DNA of 64,000 nucleotides from Raillietiella orientalis (GCA_036172245.1 JAYWIR010000005.1:4898001-4962000); one strand, 5' to 3'; shown: positions 49,441 through 63,115, counted from the stretch's first letter. Numbers and translations are program-made. Notes: generated by a model from the sequence alone, not told the origin.

Positions 49441-52400
49441 CCGTCTCCGTCACGACGTCCTCTGCCACCCGTCAGTCATCTGCGGTGCCGGAAATTCCCA
49501 GAATTCTGGGTCCTCCTTCTCCCCCCCTCCTCATCACACCCAAGATGCTGGAGCGCGCCTGCCTGCCTCGGAATTCCCGGCGGCAACGGGCGGCTGGAAG
49601 GTTCCTTCAGATTTTCCGTCGTTTTGTCTTCCTGCGTTCGGGATGTCCCCCCCCCCCCCGGCTCCCATTTCTTCTTTTTTTTAAATGTGCGCAAAATCCA
49701 GTCGTTCGCTAGCATCTGCCTTCCGAGAGTCGGGGATGGGGGTGCGCCCACGCGTCCTCCCCGCTACAGGAGTGGGAGGGAAGACTTTCGCTTTCCGACC
49801 TCCCCGTGCTTGGACCATTCCTGGCTACGCGCTCGCTCCCTTCCCCTTCTTCACTGGAGACCTGCGTCTGCCAGAGGTTCGGGGTGGCTCTTCCCTCTGG
49901 ACCTTCCCCATACTGCGGGAGAGGACCTTCCGCCTCAAATGAGGCGGGTGGGATGGGAAAGGTGCTACCTGGGACAACGCATTTTCTGTCGCCAGCAGAA
50001 AGAGGCGACTGCTCATGGAGCTCACTGCAATTCCTGGCTTCTTCTCTTTTTCCTCACGCCTTCTTTCTTCCCTCTTCCCGTTTTCACCTCCCGCCTGCGC
50101 TCGCTCCCTCCCCCCCCTCTTGCTGTTCGTTGCCCCCTCGCTCCCTGCTGATTCTGGAGAACGCTCGCGCGCACGTGGGCGCAGGGAGCGAATCGGACTC
50201 CCCCGAGGGCGAAGAGCGAGGGGGGAGAGGTAAAAGGAACGAAGGTGCTGTGTTCCCTTTCCGCTCTCCTCGACGCCGCGAAGCTCAGCGCCGGGATCGA
50301 GAGCTCATGGATCGCTCACCGCGTCGTATTAACCTCCCCCCACCTCCCCCTCTTGAGCACGCAAGCGCTGTGTCCACTTGGGCGCAGGCAGGAGGAAGGG
50401 AGGCGACCCCGGGCAATGCCTGTTTCCGATTCGCCCCTCCGTCCGCTCCCTCCAATAGAGCGGGCATCCACTCACTCCCGCGCCGTTCTTCCCTCCTCCC
50501 TTTTTCTCCCCCCTTTCACAGACCGGCTCCGGGACGGGTGGCTGGCGCAGGTACGGGTCCTGTGATACCAGCCATCCGTCCCGGTGAGGCGGCTCCACTC
50601 CTCCGGCTCGACTCGCAAGCGGCGCTACCGGCTCCCGGCAGCGGACCCATCAGCAGTAGCAGAAGGAGGAGGAGCAGAGGAAGAGAAAGAAGATGGAGGC
50701 GACTGCGGAGACGACGGCGATGGCGAGGAGGAGGAGGAGGGATGCTTGCAAGCTCCCAGCACCCCCCCTTGAGGAGGGAATGGAGAGGCAGCGCGCCTCG
50801 CGTGCCACTTGCGTGATAGCCGCCATGGGTGTGCCTACTCTGTTATCCAGCGGGCGCGTTCGAAGATCGCTAATTACGAAAGCTCTCATCGCCCTCCGCC
50901 ATCCTGGAAGATGGGCGATTACGGAACCCGGCGATCCCCGCGGACATGGCGTCCCACGAACTGCGCTACCTCTCCGAAAGAACCAGGTAGAGCGGTCCGC
51001 ACACGGCTTTCCCGGAGGCCCCTCGTGGCACCCGCGCACGGGACGGACGTCGCGGTCTATCTCCCCGGGATAGAGAGCAGCGGCTGAGGCAGGCGCTGAG
51101 GCGATTACGAGCGAGAAGATCCCACCGACCGCCTGACGGGGGGGGAGGGAAAGCAGGGAAGAAGACGGCGCGTTCGCTTCCGACAGTTCGAGTCCCGATC
51201 CTCGGAGCGAGGGGATGGGGTGGGAGAGGGAGAGAAAGGATCGAATTTCGCGCGCCTGGGGGAGTCCCCAGGGATCCAGCGGGAGGCCGCCAGACCACTG
51301 GAGGGGAGAAAAGGGAGGAGGCTGCTTCCTGCCAAGGCGCCGTCGCGCGCCGCCATCCCGTCCTTGGAACCTCCCGCCTACCGGGCAGCGATCGACCCCG
51401 GCGCGACGCACTCACGCTTTCCGGAGTGGAACGCGGGAATATCCCCTGCCCTTCCCGAGTAGGCGGCAGGAGCTCCTCCACCGGAGGGCCTCCTTCCTTC
51501 TTGCATCCCCAACTCGGCCGTTCCCCTCCCTGGGAGGCTGGCGGTCGGCAGCGCTCGCCGTGCTGGTGGGAGGGAAGAGTGAGGCGGAGGTTTCTTTCCG
51601 CTTCTCCCGGTGGCAGCGGCCGCGACGAAGGAGGCTCATTCTGGACCATTTCGGCGGTGATGACGGGGGATGTGCGAACGGGACGCGCACGCGTGGAGGG
51701 AAGGGATGGAAAGGGAGAAAGGAAAGAATAAGGAAGAATGCAGCCGCAAAGAGAAGCCGGAGCGCGCCGGTGTCATCCAGTTTGCTCACTTCCCTTCCTG
51801 ACCCGGAAGTCCCGCGAGGACCGCTAAGAGGGAGCACGCGCTCGACTGGCACGAATTGCGCCGGATGAGGTCGGAGGCCGTCGCACCTGCACCGCCTAGC
51901 CGTTCTGCTGCGAATTCGGGTCACCCGAGGTGTCCGTGCTCGCTGGCGTCCTCCCGGTCATTCGGTCCTCCTCAGTACGTGATCCTCGCGCATCTCGAGA
52001 TTTCCGGGAAAAGCAGGGAAAAATGAAAAAAAGAAAAAAAAAAAAGGTGACTCGTGTGAACAAGGCCGCTTCGCCGTCGAAGCGCTCCAGATCGGGACGC
52101 ACAAAGTAATCAAAGAATAGGTCCGGGAATAGGCGATCCGCTCTCATTCAAGTTAAACTCGACTGAATTTTTCGTACAGCACACATTTCCACGTGCTGAT
52201 GGTTTTTGGAAAGGCACTCTCGTTCACTGCAGGCGCTGGCGCCTCCCCGCGACGGGACGGATAACGAAATTCCGAAAAAAAAAAAAAAAAAAGCATTCTG
52301 ATCCGCAAATTATGGCACGAACGTAAACATTTATTCTCATACGGAAAAGCACAAATCAATACAGGTATATGCGTAGATGCTTTAATTTATGCTTATGATG

Positions 52401-54547
52401 TTCCAGTTTTCCAGATAATTCCAATTTTCGTAGATCATTCGTCCAAGAGATCATGACATAACAAATGTCGCATTTTCTTGTTCCTTGCGCGCTGGCATCA
52501 CGTCTTGGAAGGATTCGCGTGTGGCAGATGGGCATTTCCTTCCCGCAGTGCACCGCTATTCCAACTGTTTCTCTTGTGACACATCTCTAAAGCTTGCAAT
52601 GAGAAGCTGTTCGAACAAGGAAAACGTGTGCAGCCGCCTTGGGGTACCTTCTAGAAAAAGAAGTTCTAAAAGCGATTATAAGGAAGCGGATTTAAAAGCC
52701 TGCATTTTTATTGGGTGTATCGGAATGATGTAAGGGGCCTGAGGCGGTAAGCTGACGCGCAAGTACCAATATTGTGCACGCTTACGAGAATCAACCAGCG
52801 ACCTACGGAGCCCATGTGACCCGTCGCGGCAAAAACCCTGCCCAACACTACTTTAGAAATAACACGATAAGGCAGTAGGGGGGAGAGGGGGGGGGAGTCA
52901 ACCTCACTACCTTAACGTGCCGAGGTCGTGTTCCCTTGCTCGTCTTGCCCTTTGTGTCAGCTCCCGAGCGAAAAGCCGCGGGGCTCGTTGGAGTCCAAAG
53001 GGGAATACGCCGCTGAACGTGCACGCGAAGACCTGCAGTCGAAATTCCGGCTGATCACTGTGATCGTTTCGCCACGCTTTGCGGAATCGCGTCACTTTAG
53101 GAGAAACTGCGTGTGATCTCTGTTTTGAGGGTTCGTTAAGGACTGTCCTTGATCCGCGGTCCCTGGGATTTATTCGAGGCTATCTGAGCCTCGCTCTCCT
53201 TCCGCTGCCACCCCTTGGTGTGCCAGTTCGTCCGACGAGACGCCGGGAGAAAGGTAAACAGGGATGTCTTCTGTCAGGAAGCAAATAGGAATTAGGGTCT
53301 TCCTGGACGCACGCAGCAGAGTTCGGTGCTCTGCCGTGAATGGGTGCATCTCGCCCGTGTTGGGTGATCCGAAGATTTGCATTCGCACGGTGCATTGGGG
53401 CGCGCGTGCAGATTTCATCAGCATCGACTCACAGCCGATGAATAGATATCGACGTACGTAAACGGGCAGGCAAACAGATGATCCTCCATGTCCCCTGAGA
53501 AGCTGCCGTGTGCACGAGCGGTCACCCTGCCACGCTTGAAGATCGGGAGGTCGTGCCACTGCTACTGGAGGCCCCTCGACTTCCGGCTCAAGCCGCGCGG
53601 AGAAGATTCCTGTCTCCCTTCTCTGTAGCTTCCATCTTCAGGCGTCTTCGATTCGGGTGAACGCTGCCTGAAAACCGCGAGATGGGAGGAAAGTTCGCCA
53701 GGACCGAAGGCGGGAGCCGCCTTCGAACGAAGCTGCGGCCAGCCGGCAGAGCACGGCACCCCCCTTCCCCTTCCCCCTTCTCCCCTCCCCGTTACGCGAG
53801 GAAAGGAAGTGTCACTCCCAAGCAGGTGGGAAAGGCCCCTTTCGCTTCGCTGTACACCCCTGGATCTGGAATCTCCGCGCGGCGAATCCCGGACTGAATC
53901 GACAGGGATCCGAAGTTTCCCAACCCTTTCAAAGTTATCGCGATCGCTGCCGATTATCTTGTTTGTCCGTCATCACCACTGCCGTGATCCGGGACTCGTT
54001 TTTGTGCCTTTCACGTCTTCGCCTCTAAAATAAGCCCGCTTCCATCTACTCTTTCGGATGATTTTGTGATATGCAGGCCACATGAATCGGATACCGTCAG
54101 GAGAGCGATTGCTTCATAAATCGGATTAGATGCATCATCCCTATCCTTGAAATTTATATTTATACATCGCTATTAAAAGTTTAATGGCCCCAATGACGAA
54201 GAGGAATATCCATGTGATGCAATTCACTGAAATACTTACTCCCGAACTACTTACTTGATGCAATGGGATGAGCGTTCTTTGCAGGCTTCCAGCCAATCAT
54301 CTTCGATGTTTTTTATTAGCGTCTCCCAACGATAAGTTCCTGAGGAACAATCAAGGCCTCGAGGAAGATGCATGATGAAGAAGAGCATTCTGATTTCCTG
54401 CGAGAAGCCAAATGTTAAGTCATCCGCAGTTCACAGCCATCAATAACGTGGCAACGTAGCGCAGATGCCCCATTTCGTGCTTGCGGTCATGCCAAACGAG
54501 GTCTGAGAAGAAGAATCCTTTAAGGAAGCAACCGGAGGTGGCCAGGG

Positions 54548-54971
54548 ATGGCTTCATGCGGAAGCATGGCATTTCCTTTCTGCAGACCGCGTTTGCAGGG
54601 TGATCGTTGTGGTGGAATTCTGTTTCCCGGGAAACTGGAAGTGCTCCTTGCTAGAAGCTTTTCCGAAAGAAGGTCTGGTCCTCGTATGATGATCCGCGTA
54701 TCTGGGGAAACGAGGTGGTCGTGGGCCAAAATCGGAAGCGATTCCCCATGCTCACACGTAATTACCCCTCTCCTCCCCAGACAGTCCGGATTCTGAAGTA
54801 GCATTCCTTTGAATAGATCAAGGAAGCTGAACTCTGTGTAACCTGGGACTCACCCCCGAAACTGGAAGTGCCTGCTCAGGGATGTACCGAAGGTGTGATG
54901 ATGGGTCAGGAAGCAAGCTGCGAGTTGCAACGCAACAGCATCGTGAAAAAGGCGCCTCTGCGATGCACGTG
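54548..54971 (+). mobile_element. Decayed LINE RT (domains 3-6), CR1-like wording
   Basis: GSMAF; GILFPGKL...ARSFSERR; RVSGETRWSWAKIGSDSPCSHVITPLL (54695-54775, cf. RVxGExSxWxxVxSGVPQGSVLGPLL); RDVPKV**WVRKQAASCNA; AMHV (cf. KCKVMH). Confidence 0.6.
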
Positions 54972-55397
54972 TGCTGCGGATCCCTCGAAACTCTGGCAAA
55001 TGGCAGAGTTGTAATCATAGGGAGCCTCCGGAGAGCTGGGCACTTTCCAGGCGGATTTTTCTTAAATTTCGATCAGCTTCCAGGGAGTTCGGCCTTTTCT
55101 GACGACAGACGCCACTGCTTTCGGTTTCAACTTTAGCGCGGACTCCATCCGATCTTCTGAAACGAAGGGAAAAAAGTTCTGCCTTGCCTCCCCGCTCAGT
55201 TCGGCCTGTACCACCAATAACAGTGCACCTTCCGACGCGGGACTGTGGGATTCCTGTTGCTTTCCCTGAATCATGATGGAAGTTGGATCAGTTGCCCGTT
55301 CAAAACCCTCGCGAGCAACGCCTTTGTATTAATCCGGGTCATCAAACCGAAGCTCAATGGGTTTTTAAGAAATCCACGAATCACACGGTGGAAAAAA

Positions 55398-55416
55398 ACA
55401 CACACACACACACACA
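55398..55416. repeat. (AC)9 microsatellite
   Basis: Read directly. Confidence 0.9.
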
Positions 55417-58400
55417 AGTGATCTCCTTTGATTCGGGCGCGGAGGGAGGGGGGAGCAAATGACTTGGAAAGGAGAGGAAAAAATGATGCACGTCCTCAGA
55501 GAGTGTTGGCGGTCGTCCTTTCCTTATCCACGAATGAGAGGGCAAATGCTCGAAGAACGAGCTCCAAGTGAATTCCGTGCTGATCTCAAATAAAAGTGAA
55601 GAGCCAAGCAGCCTTGAATTTTCACATTATGGGCACACGGGAATCCACCTTAAAGGAGCAACCTATCTAAAGGGAATAGCTCGTTCTTGAGTGAATGATC
55701 GCTTTCTGATTTCCTAAAAGTATAGATTACTCTCTAAGGATGTACACTGCATTGTCCACGTTTTCCTAGGCGCGTAGCAGTGTACATGCAGGTCGCTTTC
55801 CGATGCAGCGAGGTTGCGGGGAATGCATCTAGGGAAGAAAATGCTGTCGATGGCTCAGGAAGAGAAAAAAAAAAAAAAATTCTACGAGGACCCACAACCT
55901 TGTTTTGTTGCTGAGATTGGGAATTATCACAGGTTTCGATTTGCTCCAAAATGAGGATGCAAAGGGCCCCGGAGTCATTGTGAGGTCCCGGATGAAAGCA
56001 GAGCAAAAGTATCAGGAATAGTACCAGTCAGTTTGCACCGTCAGGGGAGGGGAAGGGGAAACGCCTCAGGCGCTCAGGGTGCCAAAGTGACCTACATTCC
56101 AGCAGCTTCACGACAAGATGTGCTTAGACAGAGAAAATTCGCCTACTGATGCGAGGAACAGGAAACAGAGAACCGTTGGGGATAAAAACCTGCTAAGGCG
56201 CAACTTCACGCTCGTATGCAAGCGATTGCGCAAGAGGAAAAGACGACAGTCGTTCGGTTCAGATCACTGGAAAGAAGACGCCTGTAACTTTTTATTTCTC
56301 AGCGCTGCTTGGAGTTTCGGAAACTCGTTAGATGGTCGTGCAGGTTTCAACTCCTCTTGTGAGAGACAACTGATTTACATCTGCAGCTGCAAGGCCTCCT
56401 TCTTGGGAAATTGCGCTCCGCGGATGTTCAAAGATGAAGCACAGGCAGTAAGGAAATGACTTTCCATGAAGTGCCTCAGGAAACTGGACTGCATAAACCG
56501 GAGCACACTCTCGTCTCATCCGCACAAACTTCTTGAATCCCCTGCTGACTGGTAACCAAGCAACAGGAGAGTATACGAAGGGTTGAGTTTATTATTTATT
56601 CGAAGTTTGCATGGCAAGACTTTAAGAAAGTAATCCTGCAGTATCTAAAACACTGTCTTGTAATCGTGGGATGTGTTTTGTTTCGTTCACATTAGCTTTT
56701 CGAGAAAGTCACACGGCTTTTTGATACGAACGCTCATTTGTTCTCATAAAGAAGTTATATGATGAAAAAGGCATCCAGAAAAGCAGAATGATGGAACGAT
56801 GGGTCCCCTTTTCAGAATGAAAATGATCACTGAAATTTGACAAAGTCCATTTAAAAAGGATGGGATACATATAAATGCCACTCAGCTGAACAGACACGGC
56901 GGCTTTCGATGTGCATTACTATGGCAACTACCTCAATATAATGGGCAGATATTCACCAAGACTGCTCGTTTGAGTCATTATTTTAGGGTGTTCGTGATGT
57001 ACCCTCAGAACCGGGCATCAGAGGATGCACCCTATACGTTCATTTGCTGAAAGTATTTTTTTTCTTCTCCTCTTTAGATATGCTTATAACCTTTGCTGGA
57101 GAATGCCGTCTTGACATTTTAGCTACAGCGTTAAGCACGACTCAGCCAATAACTCCTCTTCCTCTTGTAGAAAAGATTTAGAAGTCCTTATAGCCATTGC
57201 CGCTTCTATCATTGCTTCAAAAGTTTTATTGCAATGTCATCTTACTTTCATGGGTTGCAACATTCGCGTATTCACGCGAGGTTCCTTTCATCCTGGACAT
57301 GACAAGAACACCAGACAGACATGGGATTTAATTAACGAGGTAGTTGTCACGTGTCCATTTGTTTTTTTTTTCCTTCGAAACTCTTTACGAGCACTGTGTT
57401 CTTCGGCTCTCGGGAAACCTGACCGCGACGTCGTACACGGAATCGACGAAAATTTGTTCTCTTTCGAATCGCCCACTCTTCCTTTTTCCCCCTCCCCTTA
57501 AAATCTGATCTTTGGTTCCTGCGATGGACTCTTTCCAGGCGTCGGCAGCACCAGAATCTTCGACCACGTATGATGTGAGTTTGGACGATTCGGAGAAGAT
57601 TAGTGCGAGAGAGTGGTACTCGGAAGAGCTGATAAGATGAGGAACGGGACATCAAGGCACTATGCGATATCATGAGTCCTAGAGTCCTTTGTGGTTGTTT
57701 ATACAATCTAATTGATGTTTGCTCTATCTTCTGCTTTAATTTCATCTCTCGATGCTCGCGTGTTTATTCGTAGTTCCGTGTGCTTTGCTTTTAGCGGAAT
57801 TTCTTGATGACCATCACGTGATGTTTCGCATTGTAGTCAGCCGTATAGGAGGAATGCCTTGAGAACTTTCACCTAATTCTCACCCGGATCCCTGTTGCCT
57901 ACTGTGCGTAGGGGAGTGATTCGCGCCGTTTTCGTAAGAGATTCCAATCCGCAATTCTGTTTTTAGTTTCGGATGTCGGATTCTGGGAGTTGAAAATCTT
58001 CATTTGGAATTCCTCAGACGGAGGGGGGGAGGAAACACAAGAATTCGGAGTTCACCCTTGGCTATCCGACCGTTTCCTTCGCCGCCTTGCATCCTCGCTG
58101 AAAGTTTGCTCGGAAAAGATGATGCAAGGAAAGGGAAGAATCGTAGCTGTTGGATGGCGACTTCGGGGATAACCAAATCAGCACCAGATATGTTTTCCTG
58201 TACCTGCACTTTACGACAAATGCAAAATCCACGCCAGCGTAAATCAGTGTCAGCAAGGAGACACGGCATGGCTGCCCACACTTGAGCATCGCGTGTGTTT
58301 CTCGTGGATCCACTGGCCTGAATGAAAACAGAGCTGGAAAAGAATAAATGACATAAAGTTCCTTGGCGCAGTCCCTGCAAGACAGCACAGTGGCCGCACA

Positions 58401-59119
58401 GGATTCAAGCTAAAGCCTTCCAAGCGTCTTTCGTTTCGGCCGGGTGGCTTTACTCTTGTAGCGAGTTCGATGGTGATGATCTTCTGAATCCGAGCACAGA
58501 CCTTGAATCTGCCCTTGAAAAGAATGGATTCCAAGTGGTCGGATTCACGAGAAGAGAGAGGTGGTTTGGGCTCCTCATGAATCTGAACTTAGATCGATGC
58601 AGTTGTAAATGGGAAGAAAGTAGAGAATAGAACTTTTGTAGAAGGGCTCCTCCGTGTGTTTTCTTGTCTTAAGAGCTCCATTGTAAAGTTCATTGTACAG
58701 CATGCTTTGTTTGCTTATTTTCAACATCATGACTCACGTGTTTCAGGTAAAAGCAAAAGAAATTGCACAGCTCTAATTTTGATGCTCACTACACCCAATG
58801 CAGGTCTGGTTGCTGCAGCTTAACATGTTTAAGAATGCATGTATCACCATGCATTCTTATGGAATTGTACCTCTGCATTTCAGTTTGCTTCCTAGGATTC
58901 TCACTCAACCTCTATCTATTAGTCATCAACGGAACCCATTACTCGCGAACGTTCGCGCGTTCGGTGACTCAAATTAATGGTCGATGATACCGGACTCAGA
59001 CTACATGGTTGTGGTACAACCACCTAAGATCGTGGGGCGAGAAAGACAAATAACTGTAATTTCATGCAATGGGAACGCTTCTCGCAAAAGTCACGTGTGT
59101 TAGCGCTGCCACCATCAGG

Positions 59120-59601
59120 CTGTTGATTTCATGGAAGGTGGGCACATGGAGAGAGGTTCTGCCCTTCGCGAAGAAAGGAAGCAGGAAGAATGCTATTGGT
59201 CGGGTTTACAGCAGACTGCGGGGAGAGCAGTCGGAATGTCCACGTCTGTGAGCGTAGGAAAGCATTTGCAGGATGTCTCTCGAGGACACCAAGGCTCCAG
59301 CGCGAGTCGGTTCCGGGTGTGAGCCCACCAAATGCAGCATCCACGCGTCTTCTGCGAGCAGCAGTTGAAAGGGAGAATTCCGCCATTACGCAGCGAAACT
59401 CGCTGCCGTTGATTACGGGGGAAAGTGATTAAAAAGCATCCCATGCTTCATAAGCTTCAAGAGCTGAGTTACTACACAGTGAATTTATTAATATGCTGTG
59501 TCACATGTGTGACTGAGTTCACGATGCTATTATCACTTGGACGTATTTCAAGCATGAAGAGAGAAAACGATGCTCTGACGGCGGACACAGTGGAGATTTT
59601 C
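59120..59601 (+). mobile_element. Decayed LINE RT (domains 1-5), CR1-like wording
   Basis: LLISWKVGTWREVLPFAKKGSRK (cf. SWxxGxVPxxWRxAxVxPIFKKG); VGMSTSVSVGKHLQDV (cf. VSLTSVxGKxLE); D*KAS; LHKLQEL; LTADTVEIF (cf. LFADDxKIF). Confidence 0.6.
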
Positions 59602-59873
59602 GTTTCGTCCGAAGTGCATATGGAAATCTGCCCGACGGTGATCAGTTGTTTCCTCTCTTTCGCTGTGTTTCCGTTTCTCGGATTACCTCGCGCTTCCATC
59701 CAAGACGATAATTTTTCCCAGTGCATCCACACGATTTCTTCTTCCCCATTTCCAAATTTATCGAGCATGAGCACATTCTGAGCATCCGTGTGGATGAGAC
59801 CTGGAATCCGAATTTCTCTCAACTTGATCGAATTGCATCGATCAAGAACCTGTGAAGCACCAGGGAAGAAACT

Positions 59874-60101
59874 CTCTTAACGTGCAGAACCCAATCAATG
59901 GGTCTCAACCGGTTCTTTCGTCTGCTTTCGATACAGTTAAATCCAAAGGGGGCACTTATAGAAGGTCTCGTGGATGGTGAAGGCTCAGTTCTTTTCCCAG
60001 TGGTAGCATCCGTCTTTCTCCTCGTTGCTAATTCCTCTCTTAGAATGCTGGTTAGCAGCAGTGCAACTCCGGTCACAGGAGGGGAGGATGCCCCCCTTTT
60101 C
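59874..60101 (+). mobile_element. Decayed LINE RT (domains 4-5)
   Basis: LLTCRTQSMGLN (cf. YLTxRTQxVxIN), EGSVLFPVV (59979, cf. QGSVLGPLL) and GEDAPLF (cf. ADDTxLF), all in one frame. Confidence 0.5.
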
Positions 60102-61059
60102 GATCTGTCGAAAGACGTAAAGGCGTCCTTCTGCTAGCCGGTTCCACCATCCTCCAAAACGCCGACAGACAGTGAAGACGAAATCACTCCAGAAATCCCA
60201 CAAAGTACGTCATAGGCGAAGGATTTTCTGGGAATCCTCCATCTCAAAACCTTCGTCCTCTATTTTCTATTTGTGTGGCTTCAAGTTTTTCATGCAGTGG
60301 TACCTTTTCTTGATTTCATTTTCCTTCTCTCTCGAACCAAAGAAGCCCCAATCGAAGACGGGCCCTTCGGAAAGAGTTCCAGCAGCATCCGTTGTTTCCG
60401 TGTTAGTTACCACGCACCCTCATCCAAACCAGACTGAATATCGTTGCGAAGGTCTTCCTCCGCCGTTCCTTGGCCCAGGAGAGACAAACTATTAATTATG
60501 AAAATAATTGGGCGGGTTGTTTCATTTTTCTGCGCTACTTCTGAATCCCGGATTAGTCGAAAGGATGCAGTTCTAGGCAATTCGGCTTTCCTCTCTCCTA
60601 GTCGGCCGCGTTTTCCCTTTCATACATCACAATTAAGAAAAGGAGTCGCGTATTTCTGAATTAATTATCCAGCTTCCTACTTATGGACCAACTTATTACG
60701 TCTGTGTGTTTTCGAGCAGTGTTTTCCGAAACGCGCACGGACGTGTTCGTGAAAATCGACTCCTCCCAGGAACGCCGTTCTCATGCCTCACCTGATGTGC
60801 TAGGCGAACCCACTTGTGCCGCTGAAATATTCCTTCTGCTCATCATCGAATTTTTTTTCTTTTGATTTTTACGCTCCACGAGGGTGAGCTGAAGGGCTGT
60901 TCAAGGAATACGCGTGTTCCAATCAAATCTTTTCCCCGACTTCCAGATGCATAGAGTTCAGGCTCAATTAATTCCAATACGACTTCTTCCTCCCTACCCC
61001 CTGTCTTCCTTTAGAAACGGCAGCTGACCGGTCAGGACACTGGATGCAAGATGACGTCA

Positions 61060-61320
61060 TCCGGCTTTGAATCAGCTCGTACAGCTGTTCGGTTCTCCGG
61101 CGTTAAAACCTCTGAGTACGGTAGTACTGGCCGAGAGCAGCAGCGGAAGCGGTTCCATCGTACGGAATTTCTCTCTGTTCCCAAACAGAGCAACTCGCAT
61201 GTGGGAAGTCGGCTGAACGAGTTGCAGAAACTCTCCTACGTGGAGTACCTGAAGAGTGGTGGAGCAAAGGTCAGGACGGAAAATGTATCCTGCTCCAAGT
61301 GCAAACAACTCACCATGAAA
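61060..61320 (+). mobile_element. Possible decayed LINE RT (domains 2a-3)
   Basis: SGFESART (cf. GFRxxRS), EFLSVPKQSNSH (cf. FLDVxKAFDS), RLNELQKL, YLKSGGAKVRTENVSCS (cf. YLxxRxxxVRxxNxxS). Confidence 0.4.
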
Positions 61321-61424
61321 GATCGATGTTTCTGCCGCTCTACTGTGCCGGTAGTCACTGATGTCGAGCGGTAGGTCCTCTCTGTTTGAGCAGCATGATC
61401 CGTGGTGGTTACGTGTGGTTTCCC

Positions 61425-61444
61425 TGTTGTTGTTGTTGTTGTTG
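61425..61444. repeat. (TGT)6 microsatellite
   Basis: Read directly. Confidence 0.9.
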
Positions 61445-62945
61445 CCTTGTCGTTGACCACCGCGCCCTCTGGAATGAACCGTCGCCTCTGATCGATTGCG
61501 ATTTCCATGGGAGAGTCAACCGGTGTGACGGAACGAGTGTGTGTCCCTTCCTTTCAAATCTCCGTTGACTGAAGTCACCTAAGGGAGAGCGAATCGTCGC
61601 AGCGGTCCCTTCCCCCAAGAATACGCCACCCACTGCCTGCTTTTGATTTTGTGTTTTTTTCCCGTTTTCTTGGGGGAAAAAAAAAAAAAAAAAAAACGGC
61701 AGTTCTTTTTTGGAGGTAATTCGGTAAACAAGTTTAGATCGAAACAGAAGAAAATCAGAGCTGGACTCGTGGTGGCTCGATTCCCCCCCTCCCATCCTCC
61801 ATGTACTCCGGCTAATGGATCTTCAAAACCGAAATTGATTTTTTTTTTCCTATCCAAGCCGTAAAAAACTCACCACACGCTCGCGCGCGTGCGTTTTTTT
61901 TTTTTTTTTTGGCACTCTTCTGGTGAACACGCTTCACGCTCCTGCGCATGCTCGCTTCTCCCGCTCGTGCCATGCGCACGACGGCAGCAGAGCTGACCAA
62001 AGTCCCCCGCCCGTACAGAGGCCGGCTGGCACCCTATTATTCCTATGTGGCTTCTGGAACCCATGCCCGCCTTAAAGGTCATGGTGGCAGACGTGCAGCC
62101 GGTTCTGGACGCCAAGTCAGGCCTCCACCAGATCGAATCGTGCCTTGCCGGTTTCCTCAAGCGATCTTCACGCAATTCTTCCATGTGCCAGATAAAAACA
62201 CTCTATCTGTGCGTCTACGCAGCATCGTGTTTTTTTTTTTCCTTCCATAAGCCCAGTAGTGACCTCATGGGGAGATCGCTGTTATTAGCCTAAGATGATA
62301 AAAATCTTTTTGGGTTCCTCTGTTTTCGCTGCTCCCCTTCCAGATTTTTTTTGGTATTCAAGGGGTGTTGAAGAACCATTCGTCGCCTCCTTAGAGGGGG
62401 CTCAGGATGCCTTTTAAACAGTGTTCACGCCAACCGAGGGTGAATGTAACTCTTCACGTGAGGGGGTAACCCAGGGGACCACCCTATGAATTCAGGAGGG
62501 CTCTGAAGGAAGGGGTCGGTGTTTTTTGCCGTGTGTGGATGTGCACGTGGGTTTCGAAGTGAGCAGAAGGACGAATGGATTCCCGAATCCTGGCCACGAG
62601 GACTGACGAATCTCGCGCGCGTTTTCCACATCCACACGCCCACTCACACAGTCTCACGTGGAAAAGTTCCAATTTCCTTTTCGAACAGGACAGTGCCTAG
62701 TAAAAATCCAGGGTTGCCCCGTTACTAGCGCCGCTTGCAAGCAATGATCCCTGTGACGCTTGCTCCCCATGGAGGGCCCTATCTTGATTGGTTTCGAGAA
62801 AATGAGGATCCGTGGTTCCGCTAGAAAAGCAAAAAAAAACACACATACACAGAAAGTGGAAAAGAAGGTGACGACGAAGAAGAAAATACCTCGCATAGAG
62901 AGCACTCTGAGAAACTCTTTCCTGTTCCTGAGTTTCTTCCCTTCC

Positions 62946-63115
62946 CTTGGAAACCGTTGTGTGCGCGTTTTGCCCCAGGGAACGCGCCTGCTTCCCTGCT
63001 GATGAAACAAATGGCCGTCCTCGCTGTTGACAGATCGATGCGGGGATGGTTAACCGAAATCGAAGTGTTTGAACTGGCATGCCCAGTGCAGGTTGATGAC
63101 GCGCGGATGCCGTGG
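62946..63115 (+). mobile_element. Decayed LINE RT (domains 4-5)
   Basis: LGNRCVRV (cf. LxNRxQRV) joined to LPQGTRLLP (62970-62996, cf. VPQGTxLGP), then in another frame VQVDDARMPW (QVDD 63089-63100, cf. YVDD/YADD). Confidence 0.55.

Noticed and set aside
59937..59990. LNPKGALIEGLVDGEGSV resembling a LAGLIDADG homing endonuclease motif
   Set aside because: No downstream LAGLIDADG-like sequence; the flanks (LTCRTQ..., EGSVLFP, EDAPLF) fit an eroded RT domain 4-5 better.
61015..61370. Candidate exon with CxxC (TTAG acceptor, CG|GTAGGT donor)
   Set aside because: The peptide is better explained as eroded RT domains 2a-3, and splice-like sites of this strength occur by chance in 64 kb.
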